Source: an uncultured Clostridia bacterium (GTDB lineage: Bacteria > Bacillota > Clostridia > TANB77 > CAG-508). From it: 64,000 nucleotides of DNA. Made by a program: the position numbers and the translations under genes. Positions 1 to 9,481 of this stretch are shown here, piece by piece. Where the stretch lies: positions 26,060 to 90,059 of the forward strand of contig CALXPP010000002.1 of the NCBI GenBank assembly GCA_944390345.1. The letters run 5' to 3'. Positions within the stretch are counted from its first letter, which is position 1; each line of letters starts with the position of its first letter. The notes under the pieces are model-generated. The model was not told where the DNA came from. It made no database searches and saw only the letters and a program-made list of their open reading frames with translations.

Positions 1-1
1 T

Positions 2-301
2 ACTATTACTTTTAAAGAATTAGTTTTAGATTTAAACAATCGAGAAGTAAAATATAAAGGGAAAGAAGTAGTTTTACAAGGTAAGCAATTTGATGTTTTA
101 GAGTATTTATTAAATTCAAAAAATACAATAATAACCAAAGATCAAATTTTTGATAAAATTTGGGGCTTTGACAGTGAAACAAGTACAAATGTAATAGAAG
201 TTTATGCTAGTGGTCTAAGAAAAGAACTAAAAAAAATAGGTTATGATAAATATTTAAAAACAATTAGAGGTGTGGGCTATATTTGGAATGACAAAGAATA
301 A
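2..301 (+). CDS. Response regulator, C-terminal OmpR/PhoB-type winged-helix domain (5' end outside window)
   Basis: Frame 2 is open from the window edge to TAA at 299-301. It reads ...LDLNNREVKYKGKEVVLQGKQFDVLEYLLNSKNTIITKDQIFDKIWGFDSETSTNVIEVYASGLRKELKK...IRGVGYIW, a typical trans-reg-C pattern. A sensor kinase gene starts 27 nt downstream. Confidence 0.85.
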   Translation, partial: TITFKELVLDLNNREVKYKGKEVVLQGKQFDVLEYLLNSKNTIITKDQIFDKIWGFDSETSTNVIEVYASGLRKELKKIGYDKYLKTIRGVGYIWNDKE

Positions 302-328
302 ATAGATTTAATAAAGTAAGGAGATTTA

Positions 329-1657
329 ATGAGCGAACAAGATAGATTTAAAGGACAAATAATTAAACATACTTTATACAATATATCTGCTTTTACAATT
401 ATATTTCTAATTTTTGGAATATTAGTATTTTTTTTAGTTAGAAATATAACATTTTCTTCTGTAGATTTAACCTTGAAAGAATCTGCTAATTTATATTTAG
501 AAACGGAAAATAGCATACAAGGTTTATCTGATTATTTTTTTGAAACTAGAGGAGTAGGAAAGGAAGAATTTGAAAGTTCTATAAATGCTATAAGAGATTA
601 TGTTTTAGCAAGAAAGATTACAAATCCAAAAGTTATAGTAATTATTAGAGATAAGAATAAAAATGTTTTAAATGAAGAAGATTTAGGAAGAAGCTACCAT
701 GAATATCTAACACAATTAAATTTTAATGATAAACTTTTAAATAAAATTTATAATATTAGAATAAATAATACATATAATTATCGTTCTATAAATTTAGAGC
801 TTTATCCAGATACCGATAATACAAGATATGTTCAATTACTTATAAATGTAGATAGCGAAAATGAACTAGTAGCACATTATTTTGACATAATAACAGTTGC
901 TATTTTATCAGGAATTACAATGTCTATAGTAGCAAGCTATATATTGTCAAAAAAGACTTTAGTACCAATAGCAGATACTCTAAAAAAACAAATGGAATTT
1001 GTTCAAAATGCATCACATGAACTAAGGACGCCTCTTACAATAATTCAGGCAAAACAAGAGCTTTTACTTGAGGAACCTGATGCAAAGATTATAGATAAAT
1101 CAGAAGAAATAATGCTAACATTAAATGAAACTAAGAGATTAACAAAATTAACAAAAGATTTAATGACTTTAGCTAGGGCTGATGAAAATAAGATAAAATT
1201 AAAAAAAGAAAAAACAGATATTGATGAATTAATAGAAGGACTAGCTAAGCCATATATAGAAATGGCAGAATTAGCAGAAAAGAAGATAAATCTAAATCTG
1301 CAGTACAACGAAGAGGTTTCAATTGATGCTAGTAAAATATATCAAGTATTGGTAATATTGCTAGATAATGCTATAAAATATACAGAAAAAGGAGATACAA
1401 TAGAAATTTTAACTTATAGTAAGGATGGCAAATTTACACTTGAAGTAAGAGATACAGGAATAGGAATTAGTGATGAAGCAATAACACATATTTTTGATAG
1501 ATTTTATAGAGAAGATAAAGCTAGAAATAGAGAAACAGGAGGAAGTGGACTTGGTTTATCTATTGCTGATGTAATAGTTAAAGCACATAATGGAACTATA
1601 AAGGCTTCTCATAATAAACCAAAAGGAACAATTTTTACTATAAAATTACCAAAGTAA
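329..1657 (+). CDS. Two-component sensor histidine kinase
   Basis: 442-aa ORF with two N-terminal hydrophobic segments. It has H-box SHELRTPLT, N-box LDNAIKYT, and G-boxes DTGIGI and GGSGLGLSI. It is adjacent to a response regulator. Confidence 0.9.
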   Translation: MSEQDRFKGQIIKHTLYNISAFTIIFLIFGILVFFLVRNITFSSVDLTLKESANLYLETENSIQGLSDYFFETRGVGKEEFESSINAIRDYVLARKITNPKVIVIIRDKNKNVLNEEDLGRSYHEYLTQLNFNDKLLNKIYNIRINNTYNYRSINLELYPDTDNTRYVQLLINVDSENELVAHYFDIITVAILSGITMSIVASYILSKKTLVPIADTLKKQMEFVQNASHELRTPLTIIQAKQELLLEEPDAKIIDKSEEIMLTLNETKRLTKLTKDLMTLARADENKIKLKKEKTDIDELIEGLAKPYIEMAELAEKKINLNLQYNEEVSIDASKIYQVLVILLDNAIKYTEKGDTIEILTYSKDGKFTLEVRDTGIGISDEAITHIFDRFYREDKARNRETGGSGLGLSIADVIVKAHNGTIKASHNKPKGTIFTIKLPK

Positions 1658-1731
1658 ATTATAAAAAATATATTGTTAAAAAATAATTTATTTGATAAAA
1701 TAATTAAGTAAAAAACAGAAGAGGAAGAATT

Positions 1732-2202
1732 ATGGAATTAATATTTATTATAGGCTTAATTATTGCTATGTTAATAGCTTTTACAATAATTTTATATGAG
1801 TATAATAGTGGCAAATATAATGTAGAAAATAGCTTAATAGAAGAAAAAAGCTTAGAAGATTATCAAAAAGATTATCCTAGTAAAACAACAGAAGAATTAA
1901 AAATAGAAATAGAAAAAATAGCAGATAGACTTATAGATAATCTAAAAAGTAATAGATATACAGAAAAAATAAGAAAAAAAGCAGAAGATGATGAAGAAAT
2001 AAGAAAGCTTAAAAACCAAATTGTAGATAATGTAAAAATAATAAATTATAAGGATAAGAAGTTAAAAGCAAGAGTAGATTATAATTTAGAAAATCTTGAA
2101 TATAGTTTAATTTTCGATATGATAACAGTAAATAGAGGTAGAGTTTTCTTAAAAAAATATAAATTAATGAAGCAAAAATTAAAAAAAGAATTCAATTTTT
2201 AA
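1732..2202 (+). CDS. Hypothetical membrane-anchored protein (Lys/Glu-rich)
   Basis: 156-aa ORF with one N-terminal hydrophobic helix (LIFIIGLIIAMLIAFTIILY). A purine-rich SD lies upstream and a strong terminator follows. I recognised no family. Confidence 0.5.
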   Translation: MELIFIIGLIIAMLIAFTIILYEYNSGKYNVENSLIEEKSLEDYQKDYPSKTTEELKIEIEKIADRLIDNLKSNRYTEKIRKKAEDDEEIRKLKNQIVDNVKIINYKDKKLKARVDYNLENLEYSLIFDMITVNRGRVFLKKYKLMKQKLKKEFNF

Positions 2203-2267
2203 AAAAATTAGCAATCAAAAGAAAAGAGTGCTAAAAATATCAAAAAAACGCCTAAATATAGCAAAAA

Positions 2268-2297
2268 CATTCAAATTTCGGATTTGAATGTTTTTTT
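2268..2297 (+). terminator. Rho-independent terminator
   Basis: The stem CATTCAAAT / ATTTGAATG has a 5-nt loop and is followed by T7. Confidence 0.8.
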
Positions 2298-2355
2298 ATT
2301 TGGTAGTATATTATATCTGTGAAATTGGTAAAATATAGAAGAGGAGATGATTATT

Positions 2356-2895
2356 ATGCTATGTGATCGTTGTGGAAAAAGAGAAGCAACCATACAGTAT
2401 ATTCAAATTATAAATGGAAATAGACAAGAATTGCATTTGTGTTCAAAATGCGGAAAGGAAGTTGGCGTTGATGATTTTAGTATGCCTATAGACTTATCTG
2501 GCTTTTTTGGAGATATTTTTGGTGAATATGATTTACCATTAATAAATAGAGAAAGTAGATTAGTTTGTGAAAATTGTAGAACTAGTTTTGAAGAATTTTT
2601 AAATACAGGAAAAATGGGCTGTGCAAATTGTTATAAGACTTTTGAAAAGAAGCTAAATCCTATATTGAAAAGAATTCAAGGAGGAAGTGAGTATTTAGGA
2701 AATAGTAAGCAAGATACTACAATAGAAAAAATTAATACAAAAAAGAAAGAAGAAACTAATGAGGATAAAATAAAGAAATTAGAAGAAAAAATAAAAAAAT
2801 GCGTAAGAGAAGAAAATTATGAAGAAGCAGCTAAAGTAAGAGATGAAATAAAAGCTTTAAAAGAAAAATCTAGCAAGGAAGGGGGAGAAAATTAA
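2356..2895 (+). CDS. mcsA: McsA, activator of protein arginine kinase (UvrB/C-motif protein)
   Basis: Paired CxxC motifs are present (CDRC..CSKC and CENC..CANC). The C-terminal UVR-like motif is EENYEEAAKVRDEIKAL. The gene sits directly upstream of mcsB-clpC. The ATG at 2356 has better spacing from GAGGAG (2341-2346) than the ORF-track start at 2347. Confidence 0.85.
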   Translation: MLCDRCGKREATIQYIQIINGNRQELHLCSKCGKEVGVDDFSMPIDLSGFFGDIFGEYDLPLINRESRLVCENCRTSFEEFLNTGKMGCANCYKTFEKKLNPILKRIQGGSEYLGNSKQDTTIEKINTKKKEETNEDKIKKLEEKIKKCVREENYEEAAKVRDEIKALKEKSSKEGGEN

Positions 2896-3911
2896 TGAAT
2901 TGGTATGAAGAGCCCGGAAAAGAAAATGATGTAGTTTTATCTACAAGAATAAAAATATCAAGAAATTTTGCAAACTTACCCTTTATGTATAAGGCTACAG
3001 AAAAAGATTTGTTAGAAAGTGCAAATAGAATAAATAAATTATTGCCAAAGCTAGGTTATGGATTAAAGTTTTATAAATTAAAGGATATGGATATAATAAC
3101 AAAGCAAAGTTTGCTAGAAAAAAACTTAGTTAATCAAGAATTTATTTCAGATAACACAGATGTTGAAGCGATTGCAATAAATGAAGAAGAAAATATTTGT
3201 ATAATGATAAATGAGGAAGATCATATTAATATACAAGTTTTTTGTAGTGGATTAGAATTAGACAATTGTTTTAATTTAATTTCAGAAATAAATGAGAAAT
3301 TACAAAAAGAAGAAAAAATTGCATTTGATAAAAAATATGGATATCTAACAAGTGAGTTAACTAATGTTGGAACAGGATTAAAAGCTTCAATATTAGTACA
3401 TTTACCAGGACTTAAAAAGACAGGAAATCTCCAAAAAATATTAGATGTAGTAGAAAAGTTTGGAATGAATATAAGAAATGAGTATGGAGAGTATACTAAA
3501 CAAAATACAGATGTGTACCAGATTTCTAGTAGACAGACACTTGGAATTTCAGAAAAAGATACCATAGAAAATCTAAAGATAATTACAGAAAAAATAGTAG
3601 AACAAGAAAGAGTTGCTAGAAAATTTTTAGCAAAAAATAGTAAAACGCTTGAAGATACAATATATAGAAGCTTAGGAATTTTATTATATGCAAAAAGGAT
3701 GTCTTTAGAAGAGGCAAATAGTTTAATTTCAGAAGTGAAATTGGGCGTAGATTTAGGAATATTACAAGAGCTTACAGATTGTAAAATAAAGAAAATGCTT
3801 TTATATGCTAAAACAGCAAATTTGCAAAAGTTATTAGGAAAGAATTTAACTAAAGATGAATTAGAAATAGAAAGAGCAAAGTTTTTACAAAAGATAATAA
3901 AAGAAAATTAA
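2895..3911 (+). CDS. mcsB: Protein arginine kinase McsB (ATP:guanido phosphotransferase)
   Basis: 338 aa with guanido-kinase-type strings LSTRIKISRNFANLPF, NEEDHINIQ and SELTNVGTGLKASILVHLPGL. Its start overlaps the mcsA stop (TAATG). Confidence 0.9.
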   Translation: MNWYEEPGKENDVVLSTRIKISRNFANLPFMYKATEKDLLESANRINKLLPKLGYGLKFYKLKDMDIITKQSLLEKNLVNQEFISDNTDVEAIAINEEENICIMINEEDHINIQVFCSGLELDNCFNLISEINEKLQKEEKIAFDKKYGYLTSELTNVGTGLKASILVHLPGLKKTGNLQKILDVVEKFGMNIRNEYGEYTKQNTDVYQISSRQTLGISEKDTIENLKIITEKIVEQERVARKFLAKNSKTLEDTIYRSLGILLYAKRMSLEEANSLISEVKLGVDLGILQELTDCKIKKMLLYAKTANLQKLLGKNLTKDELEIERAKFLQKIIKEN

Positions 3912-3933
3912 TAAAAAGAAAGGAGAGCTTTTT

Positions 3934-6387
3934 ATGACATATAAATTTACAAAAAGTGGAGAAAAGGTTTTAGAAATAGCAAATGAACTTGCTATAGAAC
4001 TAGGACATAATTATATAGGTACAGAACATATTTTGTATGGATTAGCTTGTGAAGAAAGTGGAGTAGCAAGTAAAGTATTAGAGAAGCAAAATGTGACACC
4101 AGAAACTGTAATAGAGAAAATAGAAGAATTAATAGGTGTAAATACAATGAATGAAGCTATTGTTATTGGGTTTACACCTAGAACTAAAAAAATTATAGAA
4201 AATGCCTTTTTAGAAGCAAAAAGACTAGGTTCTGATTATATAGGAACAGAACATTTATTAATTGGAATTATGAAAGAAGGAGACAGCATAGCTGTTAGAA
4301 TAATACTAGATTTAGGAGTAAATCCAGAGGAATTATATGATGACATAAATCAAGTTTTAAATGATTTTGAAAATTATACCAATGAGAGCAAAGATATAAA
4401 GCAAGAAAAAAATAGCTTTAATTCAACACAAACTCTAAATCAGTATGGAACAGATTTAACAAAGCAAGCAACAGAAGGACTATTAGATCCTGTAATAGGA
4501 AGAAAAAAAGAAACAGAAAGAGTTATTGAAATTTTATCTAGAAGAACTAAAAATAACCCTTGCTTAATAGGTGAACCAGGAGTTGGAAAAACAGCAGTTA
4601 TAGAGGGATTAGCGCAAAAAATAGTGAATGGAAATGTACCAGAAATTTTAAAAAATAAAAGGGTAGTTACATTAGACATAAGCTCAATGGTAGCTGGAGC
4701 TAAGTATAGAGGAGATTTTGAAGAGAGAATAAAGAAATGTTTAAATGAAGTAAAAAAAGCAAAAGATATAATACTATTTATAGATGAAATTCATACTATA
4801 GTAGGAGCTGGTGCTGCAGAAGGAGCAATTGATGCAGCAAATATTTTGAAACCTTTACTTGCAAGGGGAGAAATTCAAGTAGTAGGTGCAACTACATTAA
4901 GTGAATATAGAAAATATATAGAAAAAGATAGTGCACTAGAGAGAAGATTTCAACCAATTATAGTAGAAGAGCCTTCATTAGAAGATTGTAAAAAAATCTT
5001 AGCAGGTTTAAGAGATAAATATGAAGCTCATCATAATGTAAAAATTACAGATGAAGCTATAGCTAGTGCAGTAGAGCTTTCTAGCAGATATATAAATGAT
5101 AGATTTTTACCAGATAAAGCAATTGATTTAATAGATGAAGCTTCTGCAAAAGCAAGACTAAAAACTTATATTGAACCAGAAGACTTAAAGAAAATAGAAG
5201 AAAAATTAGAAAAAGCAAGCAGAGAAAAGGAAGAAGCTATAAATGTACAAGATTTTGAAAGAGCAGCTAAATTAAGAGATGCAGAAAAAAATTTAAGAGA
5301 AGAATTAGAAAAAGAGAACAATCTTTGGAAAGAAAAAAATACTAAAAAAATAGTAAATATAGGAAAGCAAGAAATAGCAGAAGTGGTTGCAAGCTGGACT
5401 GGAATAGAAACCAGCAAAATTACAGAAACAGAAACCAAAAGATTAAAAAATTTAGAAAAAGAATTGCATAAAAGAGTTGTAGGACAAGATGAGGCAGTGA
5501 GTGCAGTAGCAAGAGCAATTAGAAGAAGTAGAGTTGGCTTAAAAGATCCTAATAGACCAATTGGCTCTTTCTTATTTTTAGGACCAACTGGTGTGGGAAA
5601 AACAGAACTTACAAAAGCTTTAGCTGATTGCTTGTTTGGAGATGAAAATGCAATGATTCGAGTAGATATGTCAGAGTTTATGGAAGGGCATTCTATTTCT
5701 AAGTTAATAGGTTCTCCTCCAGGTTATGTAGGCTATGATGAAGCAGGAGGATTAACAGAGAAAGTTCGTAGAAAACCATATTCTGTAGTATTATTTGATG
5801 AAATAGAAAAAGCTCATCCAGATGTAATGAATTTATTATTGCAAATATTAGATGACGGTAGATTAACAGATAATCAAGGAAGAACTGTAAATTTTAAAAA
5901 TACAGTAATTATAATGACTTCAAATGTAGGAGCAAGATTAATTACAGATAAGAAGACTTTAGGATTTTCTGGTATTTTAAGTAAAGAAGATGAAAAGCTA
6001 AAAGTAGAAAATGAGACTATAAAAAAAGATGTTATGCAAGAAGCAAAACGAGAGTTTAAACCAGAGTTCTTAAATCGTATAGATGAAATTATAGTATTCC
6101 ATAAATTATCTAAAGAAGATATAACACAAATTATTAATAATATGCTAAAAACAGTACAAATGCGTATGAGTAAACAAAATATTAAATTTGATGTAGATGA
6201 AAAGGCAAAAGAATTAATAGCAAAAGAAGGAACAGATTTAAATTATGGAGCAAGACCACTTAAAAGAGCTATTCAAAATTTAGTAGAAGATAGAATTGCA
6301 GATGGAATTTTAAATGACGAAATAAAACCAAAAAAGAAGGTTACACTTACTGCAAAAGATGAGAAAATAATAATTGCTAATTCATAA
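3934..6387 (+). CDS. clpC: ATP-dependent Clp protease ATP-binding subunit ClpC
   Basis: 817 aa with duplicated Clp-N repeats (GHNYIGTEHILYGL / GSDYIGTEHLLIGI). The two Walker A sites are GEPGVGKT and GPTGVGKT. A UVR-like middle motif (FERAAKLRD) and GARPLKRAIQ are also present. Confidence 0.95.
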   Translation: MTYKFTKSGEKVLEIANELAIELGHNYIGTEHILYGLACEESGVASKVLEKQNVTPETVIEKIEELIGVNTMNEAIVIGFTPRTKKIIENAFLEAKRLGSDYIGTEHLLIGIMKEGDSIAVRIILDLGVNPEELYDDINQVLNDFENYTNESKDIKQEKNSFNSTQTLNQYGTDLTKQATEGLLDPVIGRKKETERVIEILSRRTKNNPCLIGEPGVGKTAVIEGLAQKIVNGNVPEILKNKRVVTLDISSMVAGAKYRGDFEERIKKCLNEVKKAKDIILFIDEIHTIVGAGAAEGAIDAANILKPLLARGEIQVVGATTLSEYRKYIEKDSALERRFQPIIVEEPSLEDCKKILAGLRDKYEAHHNVKITDEAIASAVELSSRYINDRFLPDKAIDLIDEASAKARLKTYIEPEDLKKIEEKLEKASREKEEAINVQDFERAAKLRDAEKNLREELEKENNLWKEKNTKKIVNIGKQEIAEVVASWTGIETSKITETETKRLKNLEKELHKRVVGQDEAVSAVARAIRRSRVGLKDPNRPIGSFLFLGPTGVGKTELTKALADCLFGDENAMIRVDMSEFMEGHSISKLIGSPPGYVGYDEAGGLTEKVRRKPYSVVLFDEIEKAHPDVMNLLLQILDDGRLTDNQGRTVNFKNTVIIMTSNVGARLITDKKTLGFSGILSKEDEKLKVENETIKKDVMQEAKREFKPEFLNRIDEIIVFHKLSKEDITQIINNMLKTVQMRMSKQNIKFDVDEKAKELIAKEGTDLNYGARPLKRAIQNLVEDRIADGILNDEIKPKKKVTLTAKDEKIIIANS

Positions 6388-6518
6388 TACAAATTATTAT
6401 TTAAAATATTAATATATAAATTCGTAAAATAAGGAATTAATGCTAAGTTAGTTTCTTATTTTATTTTAAAAGTACAAATTTATAAGTGTTTTCATAATAT
6501 ATAATAGGAGGGATTATT

Positions 6519-7034
6519 ATGTGTTGTGAAAAAAATATTCTAAGTAAAATGATATTTATTTTGCTTATAATAACCTTAGTAATTTTTGCAATTATTCTTA
6601 ACCAGGAAAATACTAGAAATCCAAATATACTAGTTGCTATAGCTGAAAATGGAGACAATACTACTTTGGGAATAACAACAATTAAATTTAGCCAAAATGA
6701 AATAGAAGAGGGAACTGCTATAACTCATCAAACAGGAAGTGATGAAATAATTATAAATGAAAATGGTATTTATCAAATATCTTATCAATTATATGGAGTC
6801 CAAGATGTAAGTGGGACTTTTAATTTTAATGCGGCCCTTTCTGTAAATGGACAAATTTTAGAAGATACTTTTAATCAATCTCCAGTAATAAGAAATAGCA
6901 CAGAAAACAGAATGACTATAACTAGTACAGTAATTCTTAAGTTACAAGCGGGGAATGTCTTAAAATTAAATGGAATATCTATAGAAGATATAGAATATCA
7001 AACAGCAAGGATTGACATAGAAAAAATAAGATAA
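6519..7034 (+). CDS. Hypothetical membrane-anchored protein with a beta-rich C-terminal domain (possibly C1q/TNF-like, BclA-CTD-like)
   Basis: 171 aa with SD AGGAGGG upstream and an N-terminal hydrophobic helix. The C-terminal pattern GIYQISYQL...LSVNGQIL...LKLQAGNVLKL resembles C1q-like jelly-roll domains. That assignment is by eye only. Confidence 0.5.
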   Translation: MCCEKNILSKMIFILLIITLVIFAIILNQENTRNPNILVAIAENGDNTTLGITTIKFSQNEIEEGTAITHQTGSDEIIINENGIYQISYQLYGVQDVSGTFNFNAALSVNGQILEDTFNQSPVIRNSTENRMTITSTVILKLQAGNVLKLNGISIEDIEYQTARIDIEKIR

Positions 7035-7040
7035 AAAGCT

Positions 7041-7078
7041 AAAACTAAAAAAGGAAATTATTTCCTTTTTTAGTTTTT
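7041..7078. terminator. Bidirectional terminator between convergent genes
   Basis: AAAACTAAAAAAGGAAA tta TTTCCTTTTTTAGTTTT is a near-perfect palindrome with A-runs and T-runs on both sides. Confidence 0.75.
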
Positions 7079-8006
7079 ATTTTTCTGGGGTATCATTTTT
7101 GGGAGTTTGATTTTCTTTTCTGCTGTCGATTTGATAATCCTTATCCTTTTCATATTTTTTAACAATTTCAGCAGTATTTATTTGAATTCTAATTTTTTCC
7201 TCTGGATCTAGTTCCCAAGATTTTTTTTCTGTAGTTTCTGTTCTATTACTAATTTCTTGAAGTAATTTTTCAGCGTGTAAAATTTCTTTTGATACTTGAG
7301 TAGTATCAATATTATTTTTAGAGTAAGATTCATACATTTCGTTAAGAAATTCCAAAGATTTCTTTAGTGAAGTAGCAAAGATATTATTTTTGTGTGTTTG
7401 AGGGCTTGGAATATTGTCTAAATCTTGTAAATAATTATATAGTTTATTTCCAGATAGTGTAATAGAGAAGCTTTTTTCTTTTGCACCGTTGTAAGAAGAA
7501 AAAGCAGTTATATTATCTTGCTCAGAAAGTTTTTGGATAATATCTTGAGTTTTTATATTATCTTCATTTATTTCTAACATTACCATTGGAATATTATCGC
7601 TTTCTTTTGTAGTACAGGCTATAGTTTTTATACCTTTACACCATAAATTTTGTAAAGCAATTGATAAATCTTGCTTACCATTAGATATACTATTAGCCAT
7701 ATTTTGTTGTTCTTTAGGAGGAAGAGATATTATGTAGTCTGGTTTTATTAGATAAAAATCAGACAGATTTGATTGAATATGGTCATTCAATAATCCTTCT
7801 AGTATATCTATACCATTTTGGTTAGGAATCAAGTCGTGTAATTTTCCATTTTTTATAAAATTATCTAATATGGATTCTACTGTAACTTTGTCAAAAATAG
7901 TGTCTAACTTTTTACCACCTAATACATCCTTTAAATCTGCTTTAGAATAATTTCCTTGTTTTATTCCATTTATTATCTCGAAAATTTTTTCTTCATCAAG
8001 TTTCAT
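7077..8006 (-). CDS. Hypothetical protein
   Basis: 309-aa ORF with an SD (AAGGAGAAAT) upstream on the minus strand. It is a soluble protein with a Lys/Glu-rich C-terminus. I recognised no family. Confidence 0.5.
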   Translation of the reverse strand: MKLDEEKIFEIINGIKQGNYSKADLKDVLGGKKLDTIFDKVTVESILDNFIKNGKLHDLIPNQNGIDILEGLLNDHIQSNLSDFYLIKPDYIISLPPKEQQNMANSISNGKQDLSIALQNLWCKGIKTIACTTKESDNIPMVMLEINEDNIKTQDIIQKLSEQDNITAFSSYNGAKEKSFSITLSGNKLYNYLQDLDNIPSPQTHKNNIFATSLKKSLEFLNEMYESYSKNNIDTTQVSKEILHAEKLLQEISNRTETTEKKSWELDPEEKIRIQINTAEIVKKYEKDKDYQIDSRKENQTPKNDTPEK

Positions 8007-8087
8007 TATAATATTTCTCCTTAATTTTGATAAAATTTTATCATTTAAGTATTAGATTGTAAATTACTTTTATAATTTTCATTAAAT

Positions 8088-8124
8088 ATAAAAAGAGAAC
8101 GATATAAAGTATCGTTCTCTTTTA
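8088..8124 (-). terminator. Rho-independent terminator of the cotJ operon
   Basis: The stem AGAGAACGATA / TATCGTTCTCT has a 5-nt loop. A T-run follows on the minus strand. Confidence 0.75.
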
Positions 8125-8170
8125 AAAAAGTTTTTATAATTATTTGTTACAATTTTTACTAATTTAAATT

Positions 8171-8845
8171 TTAGTAATTACAACCACAAGAGCCATTTCT
8201 ATTATTTGTATTCATATTCTTTAAATTACTTATAGTATTTACGCCATTTACTGTATTATTTCTCATTCCAGTGTACCATCTTTTTTCTGCTAATTTATCT
8301 TGAACATTATTTAAAGCTTCACCAAATCTTTGAAAATGGACAATTTCTCTTTCTCTTAAGAAACGAAGTACATCTATAACATCTGGATCATCTTTACAAA
8401 GATCTATCAATTTTTCATAAGTTGCTCTTGCTTTTTGTTCAGCTGCTAAGTCTTCAGTTAAATCAGCAATAGGATCACCTTTTACTGCAATTGCTGCTGC
8501 TGAAAAAGGGAAGCCACCTGCAGACTGAGGATATACACCAAAGCCATGATCTGTGTAATAAGCACTTAAGCCCATTTCTTGCATTTGTTGAGGAGTGCAA
8601 CCTTTTGTTAATTGGTGTACTAAAGTTCCTACCATTTCTAAGTGTCCTAATTCTTCAGTACCGATATCGTTTAATACTGCTTTTGATTTTTGATCTGGCA
8701 TACCAAACCTTTGAGATAAATATCTTAAAGATGCACCTAGTTCACCATCAGGACCACCATATTGTGATATAATTACTTGAGCAAGTTTTGGGTTTGGTGT
8801 TCTAATATTAATTGGATATTGTAAATGTTTATTATAAGTCCACAT
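8171..8845 (-). CDS. cotJC: Spore coat protein CotJC (manganese-catalase family)
   Basis: The sequence MWTYNKHLQYPINIRTPNPKLAQVIISQYGGPDGELGASLRYLSQRF...GTEELGHLEMVG...REREIVHFQRFGEAL is a typical CotJC/Mn-catalase sequence. The ATG at 8845 has SD AAGGAG at 9-nt spacing, and the ORF-track start at 8893 would overlap cotJB. An extra Asn/Cys-rich C-terminal tail is present. Confidence 0.85.
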   Translation of the reverse strand: MWTYNKHLQYPINIRTPNPKLAQVIISQYGGPDGELGASLRYLSQRFGMPDQKSKAVLNDIGTEELGHLEMVGTLVHQLTKGCTPQQMQEMGLSAYYTDHGFGVYPQSAGGFPFSAAAIAVKGDPIADLTEDLAAEQKARATYEKLIDLCKDDPDVIDVLRFLREREIVHFQRFGEALNNVQDKLAEKRWYTGMRNNTVNGVNTISNLKNMNTNNRNGSCGCNY

Positions 8846-8850
8846 ATTTT

Positions 8851-9117
8851 TTAACTCCTTTCCCAAGGCCAAGGTAAATCTATCCAACGCCATTTATTGC
8901 AAGGACATTCAATAGTTAATGGCCCATATTTTCTTTGATATTCATCTGTTAAGTTTCTTAGCTCTCTACTATATTGATTATGAAGAGCAATAGCTCTTCT
9001 ATCGCAAGGGTGAGTGTCTAAATAAAGAGCTAAATCATTTACAGAAAATCTTAATTCTCTAATTTGCATAAGCATTTCTTGTTGATTTGAATTATTGCAA
9101 CCACAATTACAACCCAT
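8851..9117 (-). CDS. cotJB: Spore coat protein CotJB
   Basis: The sequence QQEMLMQIRELRFSVNDLALYLDTHPCDRRAIALHNQY...YGPL is a CotJB-type pattern. The gene lies between cotJA and cotJC. The start could be 9117 or 9132. Confidence 0.8.
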   Translation of the reverse strand: MGCNCGCNNSNQQEMLMQIRELRFSVNDLALYLDTHPCDRRAIALHNQYSRELRNLTDEYQRKYGPLTIECPCNKWRWIDLPWPWERS

Positions 9118-9481
9118 TATTTTCACACCCACTTTCTATTACATTTGATTCTAAAAAATCAGCTTCGATAACAGAATCATTTGGAGCATACGGACTTACA
9201 AGCTCAGGAAAAATAGTTCCATTTGCTAATCCGCAATCTTGTCTAAAAACCTCTCCCATTTTTTGATTAAGCACATACGCGTGCCCATACATTGGATTTT
9301 CTGAAAATCTTTCATTACTCGATTCAGAGAAGCCACATTCACATTCTTCATATTCTGTATTGCAAGAATAATTAGAAGTTCTGGGCATTATATTGTTTGT
9401 ATTATATAAATTGCAACAGCCACCTGTTCTTTGGTTATAGCAATTTGAGTTGCAATTTCTATTATTACAACATCTTCTCAT
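9107..9481 (-). CDS. cotJA: Spore coat-associated protein CotJA with a Cys/Asn-rich N-terminal extension
   Basis: The C-terminal half (YGHAYVLNQKMGEVFRQDCGLANGTIFPELVSPY) matches the CotJA core. It is the first gene of the cotJ triad, with SD AAAGGAGG upstream. Confidence 0.7.
   Translation of the reverse strand: MRRCCNNRNCNSNCYNQRTGGCCNLYNTNNIMPRTSNYSCNTEYEECECGFSESSNERFSENPMYGHAYVLNQKMGEVFRQDCGLANGTIFPELVSPYAPNDSVIEADFLESNVIESGCENNGL

Noticed and set aside
2203-2346. A possible CtsR operator upstream of mcsA.
   Set aside because: Only loose TCAAAA and TTGGTA words are present. There is no GGTCAAA-N3-GGTCAAA direct repeat on either strand.
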